From contig CAWEWF010000001.1 of NCBI GenBank assembly GCA_963812605.1, positions 320,001 through 384,000 of the forward strand: a stretch of 64,000 nucleotides of DNA. Reading direction: 5' to 3'. A program made the position numbers and the translations under genes. Within the stretch, counting starts at the first letter, position 1. Each line of letters opens with the position of its first letter. Positions 63,605 to 64,000 of the stretch are shown here, one piece after another. The notes under the pieces were generated by a model that saw nothing but the letters and a program-made list of their open reading frames with translations, searched no databases and was not told the DNA's origin. This DNA comes from an uncultured Verrucomicrobiae bacterium (lineage in GTDB: Bacteria; Verrucomicrobiota; Verrucomicrobiia; Palsa-1439).

Positions 63605-64000
63605 ATGGAACGAGCACCGACGCGGGCGAAAATCCTGGTGGTGGACGATGAAGCGCCGATTCGCGAATACGAAAGCGGCTTGCTGGCGGAATTGGGGCAC
63701 GAGGTGATCACCGCCGGTGATGGCGCTGCCGCCTTGCAAGTGGCGCGGGAGCAGCAGCCCGATTTGTTGCTCCTGGACATCATGATGCCCGAGATGTCCG
63801 GCATCGAGGTGTGCCAGCAGTTGCGCGCGGATCCGCGCACGCGGCACATTCGCATTATTGTCGTGTCGGGATTGGACTCGAAGCGGGCGATGGAAGAGAG
63901 TATCATCGCGGGCGCTGACGATTTTCTGGCGAAACCAATCCACGCGCTGGAACTAATGGTGCGGGTGCGCTCGATCCTGCGGGTGCGCCACATTGTGGAC
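63605..64000 (+). CDS. response regulator, truncated by the window end
   Basis: KILVVDDE, LLLDIMMPEMSG, GADDFLAKP. Confidence 0.9.
   Translation, partial: MERAPTRAKILVVDDEAPIREYESGLLAELGHEVITAGDGAAALQVAREQQPDLLLLDIMMPEMSGIEVCQQLRADPRTRHIRIIVVSGLDSKRAMEESIIAGADDFLAKPIHALELMVRVRSILRVRHIVD

Overview
A 64-kb high-GC bacterial chromosome segment. Gene content and repeat style suggest Verrucomicrobiota/PVC, which is inference only. Many single-base frameshifts, very dense in 1-4.3 kb and again near 23.0-23.6 and 28.3-28.6 kb, look like long-read consensus errors, so split ORFs are joined here. Core genes: rpmH-rnpA-yidD-yidC-jag, asd, leuB, and a spread-out purine cluster (purB-purS-purQ, purL, purF-purM, purH). 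Accessory genes: an RND efflux pair, a P1B heavy-metal ATPase, two-component and ECF sigma/anti-sigma regulators, TMTC-like and YfhO-like membrane glycosyltransferases, two GH28s, a GH5-like hydrolase, a sugar ABC transporter and a ClC channel. Most unusual non-genic signals: (1) two dispersed copies of a composite element made of an operator-like palindrome, a sigma70 promoter, an identical 33-mer and alternating AAACGAACCC motifs (27.0-27.3 kb and 46.2-46.8 kb); (2) a 294-bp mini-transposon with an 8-bp target duplication and a passenger gene, whose right end lies inside transposase coding sequence (57789-58082); (3) REP-like and heptamer repeats in frame inside purL, purM and purH; (4) decayed or orphan toxin-antitoxin modules; (5) several apparently leaderless genes. 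No rRNA, tRNA or CRISPR array was recognised.
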